Below, piece by piece: positions 1 to 11,101 of a stretch of DNA of 64,000 nucleotides. The position numbers were made by a program, and so were the translations under genes. Each line of letters opens with the position of its first letter. Position 1 is the stretch's first letter. The notes under the pieces were generated by a model. The model had not been told where the DNA came from. It made no database searches and worked only from the letters and a program-made list of their open reading frames with translations. Source of the DNA: Bacillus subtilis subsp. subtilis str. 168 (GTDB taxonomy: Bacteria; Bacillota; Bacilli; Bacillales; Bacillaceae); the NCBI RefSeq assembly GCF_000009045.1, contig NC_000964.3:2914001-2978000 (forward strand), read 5' to 3'.

Positions 1-1148
1 GTGGCTAAAAGAGAAGCGTCCTGGTGCACCTTAAACATATTGAATACATGGTACGTCGGTGTCAAAAGCATCCGCTCTCCCTCAGTCAAAATCATCGCTT
101 GAAGAACATTTACTGTTTGGGCGATGTTGGCCATTTGCACCCGGCGGCAATGCTGATGGAAAATGTGGAAATGAGAAGCCGCCACCAGTGCATCACGAAT
201 GGTGTTTTGCTGATATAAGAAACCGGGATTCGTGCCTGGCTCGGGATCAAACCACGTGCCCCATTCATCAATAATCAGCCCGACCCGCTGCTCCGGATCG
301 TACCGGTCCATAATCGTGCCGTGTTTTTGAATCAATTCATCGATGTATTTGGCTTTTTTCATCGTAATAAACCATTCATCTTCCGTGAATTCTGTGGCTG
401 ATCCTTTGCCCTTCCAGAAATCCCCCGGAATCGTGTAATAATGAAGACTCAACCCGTCCATCAGGCCAGCGGCTTTTTTCATAAGCACGTCCGTCCAATT
501 AAAATCATCCACATTTGCGCCGCCTGCAATTTTATAAATGTCATTCCCGCTGTAATTGCGGACATAAGTCTGAAAACGCCGGTACAGATCTGCGTAGTAT
601 TCGGGATGCATGTTGCCGCCGCAGCCCCAGTTTTCATTGCCCACGCCGAAATATTTCAGCTTCCAAGGCTCTTCTCTTCCATTTTGCTTTCTCCAGTCTG
701 ACATCGGCGTGCCTTCTTCAAATGTCATATACTCAATCCACTCCGACATTTCCTGAACGGTTCCGCTTCCGACATTGCCGCAAATATATGGCTCGCATTC
801 AAGCAGCTCGCAAAGCATCATAAATTCATGCGTTCCGAATTCATTTGATTCAATTGTACCGCCCCAGTGAGTGTTCAGCATTGTCTTACGGTCACCGACA
901 CCGTTTGCCCAATGGTATTCGTCCGCAAAACACCCGCCCGGCCACCTAAGGACAGGAATGTGCAGCTGTTTGAGCGCCTCCAGCACGTCCTTTCGTATCC
1001 CGTTGATATTGGGGATGTCTGAGTCCGTTCCGACCCAGATCCCCTCATAAATCCCTCTTCCTAAATGCTCAGCAAAATGACCGTATATATTTTTGTTAAT
1101 GGTTCCTTTTGCGATATCTGTTTGAATCACTGCTTGATGTTCAGACAT
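1..1148 (-). CDS. xsa: Alpha-L-arabinofuranosidase 2 (GH51), 3' end cut off by the window edge
   Basis: Not in the ORF track. Manual translation from ATG at 1148 gives [36 protein letters not shown]...[10 protein letters not shown]...[10 protein letters not shown], a GH51 signature. The frame is open to the window edge. Confidence 0.95.
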
Positions 1149-1233
1149 GCCTCTGATCATTCCTTTCATACGGATATGAAAAGCACCACAGTCAAATATG
1201 TGATCTGTCGTTTGCCTGAGGAGTCAGCATGAA

Positions 1234-1247
1234 TGTAAGCGCTTTTA
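1234..1247 (-). promoter_or_regulatory. cre site (CcpA) at the xsa transcription start
   Basis: TGTAAGCGCTTTTA matches the cre consensus TGWAARCGYTWNCA at all but one position. Confidence 0.8.
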
Positions 1248-1252
1248 AAGTA

Positions 1253-1281
1253 ACCATATTATATATGTTCGTACATGTCAA
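1253..1281 (-). promoter_or_regulatory. SigA promoter of xsa
   Basis: TTGACA-N17-TATGGT on the minus strand. Confidence 0.75.
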
Positions 1282-1319
1282 CGACATTTTCTATTGTTTT
1301 TATATTTGTACGTATGTAT
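1263..1319. promoter_or_regulatory. Pair of AraR operators
   Basis: ATATGTTCGTACATGT (1263-1278) and ATTTGTACGTATGTAT (1304-1319) versus consensus ATTTGTACGTACAAAT. They are 41 bp apart and overlap or flank the promoter. Confidence 0.8.
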
Positions 1320-1330
1320 TTATAAATATG

Positions 1331-1357
1331 AAAAAACCCGGACTTTTAAAGTCCGGG
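1331..1357 (-). terminator. Intrinsic terminator after etfA
   Basis: CCCGGACTTT/AAAGTCCGGG stem followed by a T-run on the minus strand. Confidence 0.85.
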
Positions 1358-1364
1358 ATTTCCT

Positions 1365-2342
1365 TTATGAGTGTATATTCAGCTGTTTGAATTCCTCAGT
1401 TAATAACGGGACAACTTCAAATAAATCACCGACGATGCCGTAATCCGCTATTTTAAAGATATCGGCTTCGGGGTCTTTATTGATGGCGACGATCACCTTG
1501 CTGTTTGACATGCCGGCCAAATGCTGGATGGCGCCGGAAATGCCGCATGCAATGTACAAATCCGGAGTAACGACTTTCCCGGTCTGCCCGATTTGGAGAG
1601 CATAATCGCAATAATCAGCGTCACATGCCCCGCGAGAAGCCCCGACTGCGGCCCCTAGCACCTCTGCAAGCTCCTGCAGCGGCTGAAATCCTTCCTTGCT
1701 TTTGACTCCTCGGCCGCCCGCAACGATAATTTTCGCTTCGGAGAGATCAACACCGTCCGCCGTTTTTTTCACGACCTCTTGGATAACAGTGCGGAGGTCA
1801 GTAAGAGAAACATCAATGCTTTCGATGCTCCCCGATCTGCTGGTGTCTTTTTCTGAAGCTTGAATGTTATTGGGGCGAATTGTTGCAAAGATCATCGGAT
1901 CGGTTGAAATGACGCGTTCAAAAGCTTTCCCCGAGTAAATCGGCCGTGTGAACACAACATTCCCTCCGGTAACGCTTACATCTATAGCATCAGAAATTAA
2001 GCCTGTTTGCAGACGGGCAGCAAGCTTCGGTGAAAGATCCTTGCCCATTGCCGTATGCCCGAAGATGACTGAATCAGGATTTTCTTGCTCGATAACACCT
2101 CTCATGACCTGGCTGTACCCGTCTGCCGTGTATGTTTTCAGCTTCGGGTCCTCAGCGGTAAGAACTTTATCTGCTCCGTAATGAATAAGCTCTTGTGCAA
2201 TGCTTTGTACATTTTCACCGATGAGAACACCGATGACTTCCCCATCTCCTGAAATGGTTCTTCCTGCAGCTATTGCTTCAAAGGTGACATTTCGCAATTC
2301 CCCATCGCGTATTTCTCCAAGCACGATCACTTTTTTTCCCAT
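1365..2342 (-). CDS. etfA: Electron transfer flavoprotein alpha subunit
   Basis: FAD-binding motif [29 protein letters not shown]; 325 aa. Confidence 0.97.
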
Positions 2343-2377
2343 TCTAACATCCCCCTGTTTCTTTGAATGTCCAAGTT

Positions 2378-3151
2378 TTAAATGACTTTAGCTTCGCTGC
2401 GGAGCAATGAAACAAGCTCTTTTGCCTGTTCAGCAGGCTCACCTTGGAGAAGCTTCCCGGCTTCTTTTTTCGGCGGCAGAAAACGTTCAATGGTTTTCAG
2501 CTTTGGTTCAGCATCCTCTTCGTCCAGATCAAGATCATCAAGTTCAAGCTCTTCAAGCGGCTTTTTCTTAGCCTTCATAATTCCCGGAAGCGATGGATAG
2601 CGCGGCTCGTTTAAGCCCTGCTGAGCTGTGACAAGCAATGGGAGCGTCGTTTTGATTTTTTCAACATCCCCTTCGACGTCCCTTTCTGCTTCTGCATCAG
2701 TGCCGTTGATTTCGAGTTTGGTGATCGTAGTGATACACGGAATGTCCAGTAGCTCGGCAAGCCGAGGCGCCACTTGTCCTGATCCTCCGTCAATGGCAAC
2801 ATTTCCGCCGAGAATCAAATCAAACTCCTGATCCTTCATATAGTGGTATAAAACTTGAGAAATGGAATATTGGTCGGGTTCATCAAGATCATCTTCTATG
2901 TTGATTAAAACAGCTTGGTCACAACCCATGGCAAGCGCCGTACGCAATTCTTTCTCCGCTTCTTCACCGCCGACCGTGACAGCGGTGATCGTGCCGCCAT
3001 GCTTTTCCTTCAGCTGGATGGCTTCTTCTATCGCGTACTCATCATATGGATTAATGATCCATTCCGCTCCGTCATCCTGAATCTTTCCTGTTTCAATGAC
3101 GATTTTTTCTTCTGTGTCAAACGTCCGTTTCATCAGTACAAATAGATTCAT
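2378..3151 (-). CDS. etfB: Electron transfer flavoprotein beta subunit
   Basis: INPYDEYAIEEA and PRYPSLPGIMKAKKK motifs. Start placed at MNLFV for spacing from the AAGGGG RBS. Confidence 0.96.
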   Translation of the reverse strand: MNLFVLMKRTFDTEEKIVIETGKIQDDGAEWIINPYDEYAIEEAIQLKEKHGGTITAVTVGGEEAEKELRTALAMGCDQAVLINIEDDLDEPDQYSISQVLYHYMKDQEFDLILGGNVAIDGGSGQVAPRLAELLDIPCITTITKLEINGTDAEAERDVEGDVEKIKTTLPLLVTAQQGLNEPRYPSLPGIMKAKKKPLEELELDDLDLDEEDAEPKLKTIERFLPPKKEAGKLLQGEPAEQAKELVSLLRSEAKVI

Positions 3152-3165
3152 GATCATATCCCCTT

Positions 3166-3942
3166 TTATTCGCCTTTGAACTGAGGCTTTCTTTTTTCGA
3201 GAAATGCCTGGATGCCTTCCTTGGCGTCCTCTGACTCAAATGCTTCCCCAAATCGCTTTGCTTCAAGCTTTAAGCTGCCTTCATAGGAATACACCTTGTT
3301 GGAATAAAGAAGTTCAAGCAAAGATGCCAGCGTTTGCGGGCTTTTCTCTGCAAACTTAGCGGCAAGTGCTTTTGCTTTTTCAATCACTTCTGCCTCATCT
3401 TTCGCTCCAATTGAGACAAGTCCGAGATCAAGCGCTTCTTTTCCGGATATCGGTTCTCCTGATCCGATGAGCTCCAGTGCTTTGGCTGTACCGACATATC
3501 TCGGAAGGCGCTGTGTCCCCGCAAAACCTGGAATGATACCGAGATTAAGCTCCGGGAGCCCCAGCTTAGCATCTTCTGCCGCGATTCTGATGTGACAGGC
3601 CATTGCAAGCTCCAGCCCGCCTCCGAGAGCAGCGCCGTGAATCGCTGCGATAATCGGTTTTGGAAAACTTTCGATTCTCTCCATTAACTGCTGGCCGCGC
3701 TCAGCGAGCAATGAGGAATCCTCATTGCCTTTAAGCGATGTAAATTCTTTAATATCAGCGCCGGCTGAGAAAAATCTTCCCTCGCCGTGAATGATAATGC
3801 TTCGTACGCCTGCATCTGTCTCACATTGATCAAGACAGGAAGACAGCTCTTCTAATATCCGGCTTGAAAGCGCGTTTGCCGGCGGATTGTGAATCGTCAA
3901 GACTGCCACAAATTGATCAACCGCAAGTGAAATTGCATTCAT
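3166..3942 (-). CDS. fadB: Enoyl-CoA hydratase (crotonase fold)
   Basis: FSAGADIKEF, ALGGGLELAMACHIR and GLPELNLGIIPG motifs. Confidence 0.93.
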   Translation of the reverse strand: MNAISLAVDQFVAVLTIHNPPANALSSRILEELSSCLDQCETDAGVRSIIIHGEGRFFSAGADIKEFTSLKGNEDSSLLAERGQQLMERIESFPKPIIAAIHGAALGGGLELAMACHIRIAAEDAKLGLPELNLGIIPGFAGTQRLPRYVGTAKALELIGSGEPISGKEALDLGLVSIGAKDEAEVIEKAKALAAKFAEKSPQTLASLLELLYSNKVYSYEGSLKLEAKRFGEAFESEDAKEGIQAFLEKRKPQFKGE

Positions 3943-3956
3943 AGGACAGAACTCCT

Positions 3957-4541
3957 TTACTTATTGTGAATTCCGGATACCAATAATTCTAAAACGCTGT
4001 TTGAAAGCGCAACGAGATCGTACTTTTGGTCATTCATCACCCAAGTTGTCACAGTTTCGTCAATCGTTCCAAAAATCATCTGCCGGGCGAGGCGGACATC
4101 GAGGCCTTCTTTTATTTCGCCTGATTGTATACCTTCCGTCAAAATGCCATCCAAAATATTTAAGTAGCCTTTTAATATTTCGTTGATTTTTTGGCGCAGC
4201 TCCAAGTTGGATTGGCGGAGCTCAAGCTGCGTGACAATGGCGAGATTATGGTCACCCGCTAAAAGGGAAAAATGCTTTGAAATCACAAGCGCCAATTTCT
4301 CTTTCGCTGTTGCTTTTTCTTTAATGTCCTCTTCCATCCGCTCAATAAATTGACCCATTTTTTCTTTGAAAAGAGAAATTAAAATATCTTCTTTGTTTTT
4401 AAAATAGAGATAGATGGTGCCGTCCGCTACCCCGGCTTGTTTGGCAATTTTGGATACCTGTGACTGGTGGTAGCCGTTTTCTGCAATGACTTCTACTGCT
4501 GCATCAATAATCTGCATATACTTTGGCCGTTTTTGCTTCAA
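3957..4541 (-). CDS. fadR: TetR-family repressor of fatty-acid degradation
   Basis: TetR HTH (IAKQAGVADGTIYLYF), located in the fad cluster with a palindromic operator directly upstream. Confidence 0.94.
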   Translation of the reverse strand: MKQKRPKYMQIIDAAVEVIAENGYHQSQVSKIAKQAGVADGTIYLYFKNKEDILISLFKEKMGQFIERMEEDIKEKATAKEKLALVISKHFSLLAGDHNLAIVTQLELRQSNLELRQKINEILKGYLNILDGILTEGIQSGEIKEGLDVRLARQMIFGTIDETVTTWVMNDQKYDLVALSNSVLELLVSGIHNK

Positions 4542-4565
4542 TGTTCATCGTTCCTTCCTATAGAA

Positions 4566-4585
4566 ATGAATGACTATTCATTCAT
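4566..4585. promoter_or_regulatory. FadR box
   Basis: Near-perfect palindrome ATGAATGACTATTCATTCAT between the promoter and the fadR start. Confidence 0.9.
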
Positions 4586-4591
4586 AATTTC

Positions 4592-4620
4592 ATGATAAGA
4601 AGGATTTTCAGGTTTGTCAA
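4592..4620 (-). promoter_or_regulatory. SigA promoter of fadR-fadB-etfBA
   Basis: TTGACA-N17-TATCAT. Confidence 0.85.
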
Positions 4621-4645
4621 GTTTATTCATAGGCGTTCTCTTTTT

Positions 4646-6328
4646 TTATTTGATATGATGATTTTCGGTTTCTTCTTCAAGTAAACGCCTTCTTAAAATT
4701 TTTCCCACCGCCGTTTTCGGCAGCTCCTTTCTGAACTCATAGGCTTTGGGCACCTTATAGGGAGCTAGACGTGATCTCGCAAAAGCGTCCAGTTCTTCTG
4801 TATCGGCTTTTGCGCCTTTCTTTAATACGACAAATGCTTTTACTGTTTCTCCCCTGTAGGAATCGGGAACGCCTGCGACAACAATTTCCTGGATGGCTTC
4901 ATGTTCATAAAGCGCTTCTTCTACCTCACGCGGGTAAATATTGTAACCGCCGGCAATGATGATATCCTTCTTCCTGTCAGCAATATAGAAAAAGCCTTCT
5001 TCATCCATATAGCCCATGTCCCCGGTGAACAGCCAGCCATCTCTCAGCACTGCGGCGGTTTCCTCTGGTTTATTCCAGTATCCTTTCATGACTTGCGGAC
5101 CTTTTACAATGATTTCTCCATGCTCATACGGAGCGGCAAGCTCACCCGTCTCTTCAGAATAGATCGCAGCGTCCGTACTCGGCCAAGGACAGCCGATACT
5201 GCCCGGCTTGTTTTTTCCCCAGATAAAGTTGGCGTGCGTCACTGGGGATGCCTCAGACAAACCATAGCCTTCCACAAGCTTTCCACCAGTCACCTTTTCA
5301 AATTTCTGCTTTACCTCCACGGGGAGCGCGGCTGATCCGCTAAGACAGCTTTTAATGGATGACAGATCATAATGCTGCAATTCAGGGTGATGCAAAAGGC
5401 CAATGTAAATTGTCGGTGCGCCAGGAAAGAGCGTCGGTTTGTGTTTGTCGATGATTTTAAGTGTTTCGAGCGGATCAAACTTAGGAAGAAGAATCATTTC
5501 GAAGCCTAGTTTAATCGAATAGTTCATGACTGCCGTCAGTCCGTAGACATGAAAAAATGGAACGATGCCCAGCACTTTTTCAGCGCCTTCTTTCACGTCA
5601 TACATCCAAGCGGCGCACATTTCAGTATTTGCCAAAATATTTTGGTGCGTGAGCATGACCCCTTTTGGAGCTCCGGTTGTTCCTCCGGTATACTGGAGGA
5701 CAGCGATATCATGCTCAGGATCGATCTTCGGGATTGTCAGGAGTTCAGTTTTTTCCTGCTTCATACAGGAAGCGAACGTGTGAATGTTAGCTGTTTTGTC
5801 AAAGTCGATATGCACTTTTTGTTTTTGCGTCAGCGGGTAAAGAATATTTTTCGGAAAAGGCAAATAGTCTTTTACACTGGTTATCAAAATCTGGTCGACT
5901 ATTGATAACGTTTTCATTTTTATTGCCTTCGGGAAAAGCAAATCTAAGGTGATGATTACACTTACCTGAGCATCTCTAAGCTGGTATTCAAGCTCATGCT
6001 CGGTATAAAGCGGATTCGTCTGCACCACGATGCCACCGGCAAACAAGACGCCATAATAAGAAATCACTGTTTGCGGGCAATTGGGCAGCATAACAGCCAC
6101 TCTGTCTCCTTTTTGCAGGCCATTGCACTGCAAAAAAGCTGCAAGTTTAAGAGCATCCGTCAGAATGTCATGAAAGGTGAGTTTTTTTCCATAAAACGAT
6201 ATTGCGGTTTTATCAGGGAATCGTGCGGCGGAGTCTGTCAGGATGGATTGCAGGGTTTTATTCGGCAACGGAAGCTCATGCGGGATATCGTTGGGATACT
6301 CGGCAAGCCACGGCTTTTGAGACTGCAT
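4646..6328 (-). CDS. lcfA: Long-chain acyl-CoA ligase
   Basis: AMP-binding motif QYTGGTTGAPKG, plus GYGLSE and PKTAVGKI. Start at MQSQK (560 aa) behind an AGGGGAGG RBS; the ORF-track extension to 6424 is unlikely. Confidence 0.95.
   Translation of the reverse strand: MQSQKPWLAEYPNDIPHELPLPNKTLQSILTDSAARFPDKTAISFYGKKLTFHDILTDALKLAAFLQCNGLQKGDRVAVMLPNCPQTVISYYGVLFAGGIVVQTNPLYTEHELEYQLRDAQVSVIITLDLLFPKAIKMKTLSIVDQILITSVKDYLPFPKNILYPLTQKQKVHIDFDKTANIHTFASCMKQEKTELLTIPKIDPEHDIAVLQYTGGTTGAPKGVMLTHQNILANTEMCAAWMYDVKEGAEKVLGIVPFFHVYGLTAVMNYSIKLGFEMILLPKFDPLETLKIIDKHKPTLFPGAPTIYIGLLHHPELQHYDLSSIKSCLSGSAALPVEVKQKFEKVTGGKLVEGYGLSEASPVTHANFIWGKNKPGSIGCPWPSTDAAIYSEETGELAAPYEHGEIIVKGPQVMKGYWNKPEETAAVLRDGWLFTGDMGYMDEEGFFYIADRKKDIIIAGGYNIYPREVEEALYEHEAIQEIVVAGVPDSYRGETVKAFVVLKKGAKADTEELDAFARSRLAPYKVPKAYEFRKELPKTAVGKILRRRLLEEETENHHIK
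5903..5916 (-). promoter_or_regulatory. Intragenic cre site in lcfA
   Basis: TGAAAACGTTATCA on the minus strand, a close cre match about 410 bp into the CDS. Confidence 0.75.
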
Positions 6329-6516
6329 AAAACCTCCCCTTTCGATTTTAGAGATCCACCTTATCATTATAGCAGATGGACGGCAAAAAAAAGAAAAAGA
6401 AAGGTAAATCTTTCTTTTTCTCATAATATGAACAGATATATAAGACCAATTAACAAAAAGATTCCCGCTGCGGCGAGCAGTATTTTCGCAAGCTTTTCCA
6501 TCTATTCTCCGTCCCC

Positions 6517-6921
6517 TTATATTCCGGCTGCCACCACAAAAGAAAGCCCGACAGAAATGACAAATGAAATAAAGCCGACAGCCCGGTTATCATTTTCGAT
6601 TTCCTGATCAATTTTAAACCGCGGAGTCAAAAACTCAAAAATAAAGTAGCTGATCAGAAGCATAACAAACCCGTAAACGCCCCAGCCGATCATTTGCAGC
6701 AGCGAATTATGCTGGGAGATGGAATGCTGAAATACGTTTGCGATTCCCAAAATTTTTCCGCCGGTCGCCATTGCCACCGCAAGATTTCCTTTTTGAATCT
6801 CTTCCCAGTTTTTATAAGCCGTCACCAGCTCAAACACAGTCAAAAAGAGGACGAGGCAGAGAACCGCGACACTGTAATATGCCGCGATTTCCACAAGCTC
6901 GTTTTCCCAAAAATCACTCAT
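6517..6921 (-). CDS. yshE: Small membrane protein (DUF350-like)
   Basis: 134 aa with four hydrophobic segments; AAGGGAG RBS 8 nt before MSDFW. Confidence 0.85.
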   Translation of the reverse strand: MSDFWENELVEIAAYYSVAVLCLVLFLTVFELVTAYKNWEEIQKGNLAVAMATGGKILGIANVFQHSISQHNSLLQMIGWGVYGFVMLLISYFIFEFLTPRFKIDQEIENDNRAVGFISFVISVGLSFVVAAGI

Positions 6922-6935
6922 GGCCATACTCCCTT

Positions 6936-9293
6936 TTATTTTAGTTCAACAACCGTAACGCCTGATCCTCCCTCACCTGCTTCACCGAAACGGGAACTTT
7001 TGACGCTGCGGTGGTTTTTCAGAAGATCCTGTACGCCTTTTCTTAAAGCGCCGGTTCCTTTTCCGTGGATGATTGACACTCTTGGATATCCGGCTAACAC
7101 CGCATCATCCAAGTATTTTTCAACCCGGCTGAGGGCATTTTCATAGCGTTCGCCGCGAAGATCAAGTTCAAGCGATACGTGATAGTCCTTTCCTTTGACC
7201 GCTGTAATCATTTTTTCTTTTTTTGGCTCCGGAGCTGATTTGATAAACTCCAGATCTTTTTCTTTTACTTTCATCTTTAAAATACCGATTTGAACGTTCC
7301 ATTCATTGCCGCCTGTTTTTTCGAGCAATGTTCCTTTTTGCCCGAAAGTGAGGACTTTCACCTCGTCGCCAGGCTTAAAGTCGCGTTTTTGCGTTTTCGG
7401 CTTTTCCGGTTTCTTGGACTTTTCAAAAGCAGGCATAGCGCCTTCTAACCGTTTCTTCGCGTTAATCAGCTCGTGATCCTTGAAGGATTTGTGTTCTTCT
7501 TTTATGGTGCGCAATTCATGAATAATGTCCTCGGCTTCTTTCATTGCCGCTTTTACTTTTTCAGCAGCCTGCTGTTCTGCCTCTTCAAGCATTTTGTCTT
7601 TTTTGCTGTTAAGCTCGATGATTTGCTGCTGCAGCTCTTTATGCAGTTTTTCCGCTTCTTTTCTGATTGATTCTGTCTCAGAAAGCTCTTCTTCCGCACG
7701 TTTTTTGCTTTGTTCCAGCGACGCAATCATCGTATCGACTTCGTTATGCTCGGCCGTCATTTCTGACTTCGCCTGCCCGATGATATGGTCCGGGAGCCCG
7801 AGGCGTTTTGAAATTTCGAAAGCATTGCTTCGACCCGGCACACCAATTAAAAGTTTATAGGTCGGTGACAGCGTTTCGATGTCAAATTCAACGCTGGCAT
7901 TCATGACGCCTTCTCTGTTATAGCCGTACGCCTTCAATTCCGGATAATGCGTCGTAGCTAACACTCGTGCATTGGTGCGATGCACGTCATCCAAGATGCT
8001 CATGGCGAGGGCCGCCCCCTCCTGCGGATCTGTCCCTGCACCAAGTTCATCGAAAAGCACAAGGCTGTTTTCATTGACCTGTTCTAAAATGCCGACAATA
8101 TTCACCATATGGGATGAGAACGTACTTAAACTTTGCTCAATCGACTGTTCATCACCGATATCAGCGAATACGTGCTCAAATACTGCCGCTTCTGACCCTT
8201 CATCTGCCGGGATATGAAGACCTGACTGCGCCATTAAGGTTAGCAGGCCTAACGTTTTAAGGGTGACTGTTTTCCCCCCGGTGTTTGGCCCTGTGATGAC
8301 AATGGTTGAAAAATCGCGGCCAAGCTCGATGTCATTGGCAACAACCTGATCAGGCGGAAGCAATGGATGGCGGGCTTTTTTCAAACGGATAAAGCCGGTG
8401 TCGTTCATAATCGGTTTTGTCGCTTTAACCGCTTTTGCATATCTAGCTTTTGCAAAAATAAAGTCAAGCGTCTGCAGCACTTGCAAATCTAGAAATAGCT
8501 CCTCTGTATACTCTGCCGTTTTCTCTGTCAGCACACGCAAAATCCGTTCAATTTCTTGCTTTTCTTTCACTTTCGCCTGCTGAAGGGAATTGTTCATATC
8601 TACAATCGCCTGCGGTTCAATGAATAGTGTCGCACCAGAGGATGAGGTGTCGTGCACAATTCCTCCATAGCTGGATCTGTACTCCTGTTTGACCGGGATC
8701 ACAAAGCGGTCATTCCGAATCGTAACAATCGTATCAGACAGCATTTTCGATGCGGAAGAGGAACGCAGCATCGACTCTAACCGGTCTCTGACTCTTGATT
8801 CGAGTGTTCTGAGCTGTGTGCGGATTCCTCTTAATGTTTCCGATGCATGATCAAGCACTTCTCCGTGATCATCAATGCAGGAATTAATGTCCCGCTCTAA
8901 ATCGGACAGCGTGATAAGCTGTTCAGCATGCTGATGGATCAGCGGAATGTCGACACCGTCTTCAGCCATTTGCGTGATAAAATGTTTCATTTGTTTAACT
9001 GCATAAAGCAGGCCTGAGATTTCAGTGAATTCAGAAGGACTGAGAACGCTGCCGATTTCCGCCCGTCTTAACGCTCCTCTGATATCTACAAGGCCGCCAA
9101 ATGGCGCTTGGCCTCTCAGCCGGATAATGTCAGAAGCTTCGTCTACTTCATCCAGCTGTTTTTTGATTTCGTCTATAGAAGCAGAAGGCTTAAGCTCGAG
9201 AAGCATTTCTTTTCCGAGCGATGAAGCGGCATGCCCAATAACCTGTTCTTTCACTTTATGAAATTCAAGAGCTGATAATACTTTTTGCTGCAC
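6936..9293 (-). CDS. mutS2: MutS2 ATPase with C-terminal Smr domain
   Basis: Walker [19 protein letters not shown], coiled coil, and Smr motif IIHGKGTG. Confidence 0.96.
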   Translation of the reverse strand: MQQKVLSALEFHKVKEQVIGHAASSLGKEMLLELKPSASIDEIKKQLDEVDEASDIIRLRGQAPFGGLVDIRGALRRAEIGSVLSPSEFTEISGLLYAVKQMKHFITQMAEDGVDIPLIHQHAEQLITLSDLERDINSCIDDHGEVLDHASETLRGIRTQLRTLESRVRDRLESMLRSSSASKMLSDTIVTIRNDRFVIPVKQEYRSSYGGIVHDTSSSGATLFIEPQAIVDMNNSLQQAKVKEKQEIERILRVLTEKTAEYTEELFLDLQVLQTLDFIFAKARYAKAVKATKPIMNDTGFIRLKKARHPLLPPDQVVANDIELGRDFSTIVITGPNTGGKTVTLKTLGLLTLMAQSGLHIPADEGSEAAVFEHVFADIGDEQSIEQSLSTFSSHMVNIVGILEQVNENSLVLFDELGAGTDPQEGAALAMSILDDVHRTNARVLATTHYPELKAYGYNREGVMNASVEFDIETLSPTYKLLIGVPGRSNAFEISKRLGLPDHIIGQAKSEMTAEHNEVDTMIASLEQSKKRAEEELSETESIRKEAEKLHKELQQQIIELNSKKDKMLEEAEQQAAEKVKAAMKEAEDIIHELRTIKEEHKSFKDHELINAKKRLEGAMPAFEKSKKPEKPKTQKRDFKPGDEVKVLTFGQKGTLLEKTGGNEWNVQIGILKMKVKEKDLEFIKSAPEPKKEKMITAVKGKDYHVSLELDLRGERYENALSRVEKYLDDAVLAGYPRVSIIHGKGTGALRKGVQDLLKNHRSVKSSRFGEAGEGGSGVTVVELK

Positions 9294-9313
9294 GATTGTG
9301 TGAGCCTCCTTAC

Positions 9314-11026
9314 TTAATCGTTGCGCTTCAGAAATGCCTCTACGTCTTTAAGCGACCGGGCATTCAGAACGTTTTTCGTTTCCGTCCATCCTTTGCGCGC
9401 GGCAGTAACGCCAGTTTTCATATCGTCTAACATCTCAATATTATGGGCATCAGTATTAATCACCAATGTAACCCCTTGTTCGTTTGCTTTCATTAAATGC
9501 TCTGTGCGCAGATCAAGGCGCGCAGGGTTGGCATTGAGTTCAAGCGCCGTATTTGTTTTCCTCGCAAGCTCAATCAGCTGATCAATATCGATTTCGTAAC
9601 CGGCCCGTCTGCCGATAAGGCGCCCGGTCGGGTGTGCGATAATGTCAACATGCTTGTTTGTCAGTGCCGTCTCAAGCCGTTTCATAATCACGTGTTCCGG
9701 CTGATTAAAACTGGAATGAATCGATGCAATAACGATATCCATTTCCGCAAGCACATCGTCATCATAATCGAGCGTACCGTCAGGCAGGATATCCATCTCA
9801 ACGCCTTTCAAAATACGGAAGTTTTCAAACTCTGCATTCAGCGCGTCAATTTCTTTTGCCTGCTGCTTAAGTCTTTCTGCAGTAAGCCCGTTGGCGACCT
9901 TTAAATATTGTGAGTGATCGGTGATCGCCATGTATTGATAGCCTTTTTTGATGCAGGCTTCAGCCATCTCTCTGATCGAAAATGCGCCATCGCTCCACGT
10001 TGAGTGCATGTGGAGATCACCTTTGATTTGCCCGAGCTCTATCAGTTCAATGCTGTCGCTGTAGGTTTCCACTTCCTGTCCGCTTTCACGAATTTCCGGC
10101 GGAATCAGCGGCAGGCCGAAGTGCGCATAAAATTCACGTTCACTCGGAAATGTTTTGATCTCTCCGGTTTCAACTGTCTCAACGCCGTATTCACTGATCC
10201 GCTCGCCGCGTTCTTTGGCGATTTGGCGCATCTTAATATTGTGATCCTTTGATCCCGTAAAATGATGGAGTGTTGTCGGAAACTGCTCTTCCGTCACAAG
10301 ACGGAAATCGACGCTTGTTTCATATTCAAAGGAAAGGATGACGGACACCTTCGTATCTCCGCTTGCGATCACGCTTTTGATGTTTGGCAGCTCAAGAAGC
10401 TGCTCTCTTACTTCAGCCGGATGATCTGTAGCAATGATATAATCCAGATCCTTCACCGTTTCCCGCGCTCTGCGGAGACTTCCGGCACGAGAAAATTTGA
10501 TGATATGCGTAAATTGAGAAAGATGCTCCTCAATTTCCCGCGCGATCCGGAGGGCGTAGCCGATCGGGAACCGTTCAGGCTGTTTTCCGGCTTCCCCGAG
10601 CGCCTGTAATATTTTTTCTTCCGATTTTTTGCCGAAGCCCGCAAGACCCTGGACCTTTTGCTGCTCACAGGCTTCCTTCAGAGATTCTGCATCGTGTACG
10701 CCGAGCTCTTTATACAGCTTTGCGATTTTTTTGCCGCCGAGCCCCGGCAGCTTCAATAAAGGCACGAGTCCTTCCGGCACTTCTTTCTGAAGCGATTCGA
10801 GCGTGCTTGACTTTCCTTCATCTATATACTCTTTAATGACGCTGTACGTTCCTTTTCCAATGCCGGACAGCGACATCATATCGTCCATTTCTGATAAGCT
10901 TCGGTCGTCCTGTTCCAGAGCTGCCGCCGCTTTTCGGAAGGCGGATACTTTAAACGGGTTGTCCCCTTTGAGTTCCATATAGACTGCAATGGTTTCAAGC
11001 AGCCGGATAATATCTTTTTTATGCAT
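9314..11026 (-). CDS. polX: DNA polymerase X with PHP 3'-5' exonuclease domain
   Basis: [14 protein letters not shown] nucleotidyltransferase motif; PHP motifs [11 protein letters not shown] and TDHS. Confidence 0.96.
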   Translation of the reverse strand: MHKKDIIRLLETIAVYMELKGDNPFKVSAFRKAAAALEQDDRSLSEMDDMMSLSGIGKGTYSVIKEYIDEGKSSTLESLQKEVPEGLVPLLKLPGLGGKKIAKLYKELGVHDAESLKEACEQQKVQGLAGFGKKSEEKILQALGEAGKQPERFPIGYALRIAREIEEHLSQFTHIIKFSRAGSLRRARETVKDLDYIIATDHPAEVREQLLELPNIKSVIASGDTKVSVILSFEYETSVDFRLVTEEQFPTTLHHFTGSKDHNIKMRQIAKERGERISEYGVETVETGEIKTFPSEREFYAHFGLPLIPPEIRESGQEVETYSDSIELIELGQIKGDLHMHSTWSDGAFSIREMAEACIKKGYQYMAITDHSQYLKVANGLTAERLKQQAKEIDALNAEFENFRILKGVEMDILPDGTLDYDDDVLAEMDIVIASIHSSFNQPEHVIMKRLETALTNKHVDIIAHPTGRLIGRRAGYEIDIDQLIELARKTNTALELNANPARLDLRTEHLMKANEQGVTLVINTDAHNIEMLDDMKTGVTAARKGWTETKNVLNARSLKDVEAFLKRND

Positions 11027-11068
11027 ATCATAACCCCCAGACGTTCACATATGTTTCCATCATACTTG

Positions 11069-11101
11069 AAAAAAACTTCTCCGGACAAGAGAAGTTTTTT
11101 T
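11069..11101. terminator. Symmetric hairpin between yshB and polX
   Basis: AAAAAAACTTCTC-cggacaa-GAGAAGTTTTTTT overlapping the yshB stop. Confidence 0.7.

Noticed and set aside
2500-2570. Acidic low-complexity repeat (TCATCAAG-like) in etfB
   Set aside because: It simply encodes the D/E/L-rich linker normal for EtfB; not a DNA repeat element.
6329-6424. N-terminal extensions given by the ORF track for lcfA (also rnhC, glcD, ysaA, ytcD, ytbE, ytxB, coaE)
   Set aside because: These upstream starts lack an SD or overlap promoters, while the downstream starts have well-spaced SDs.
5996-6607. 203-aa plus-strand ORF
   Set aside because: It is antisense to lcfA and the yshE 3' end, has no RBS and no recognisable motif; a shadow ORF.
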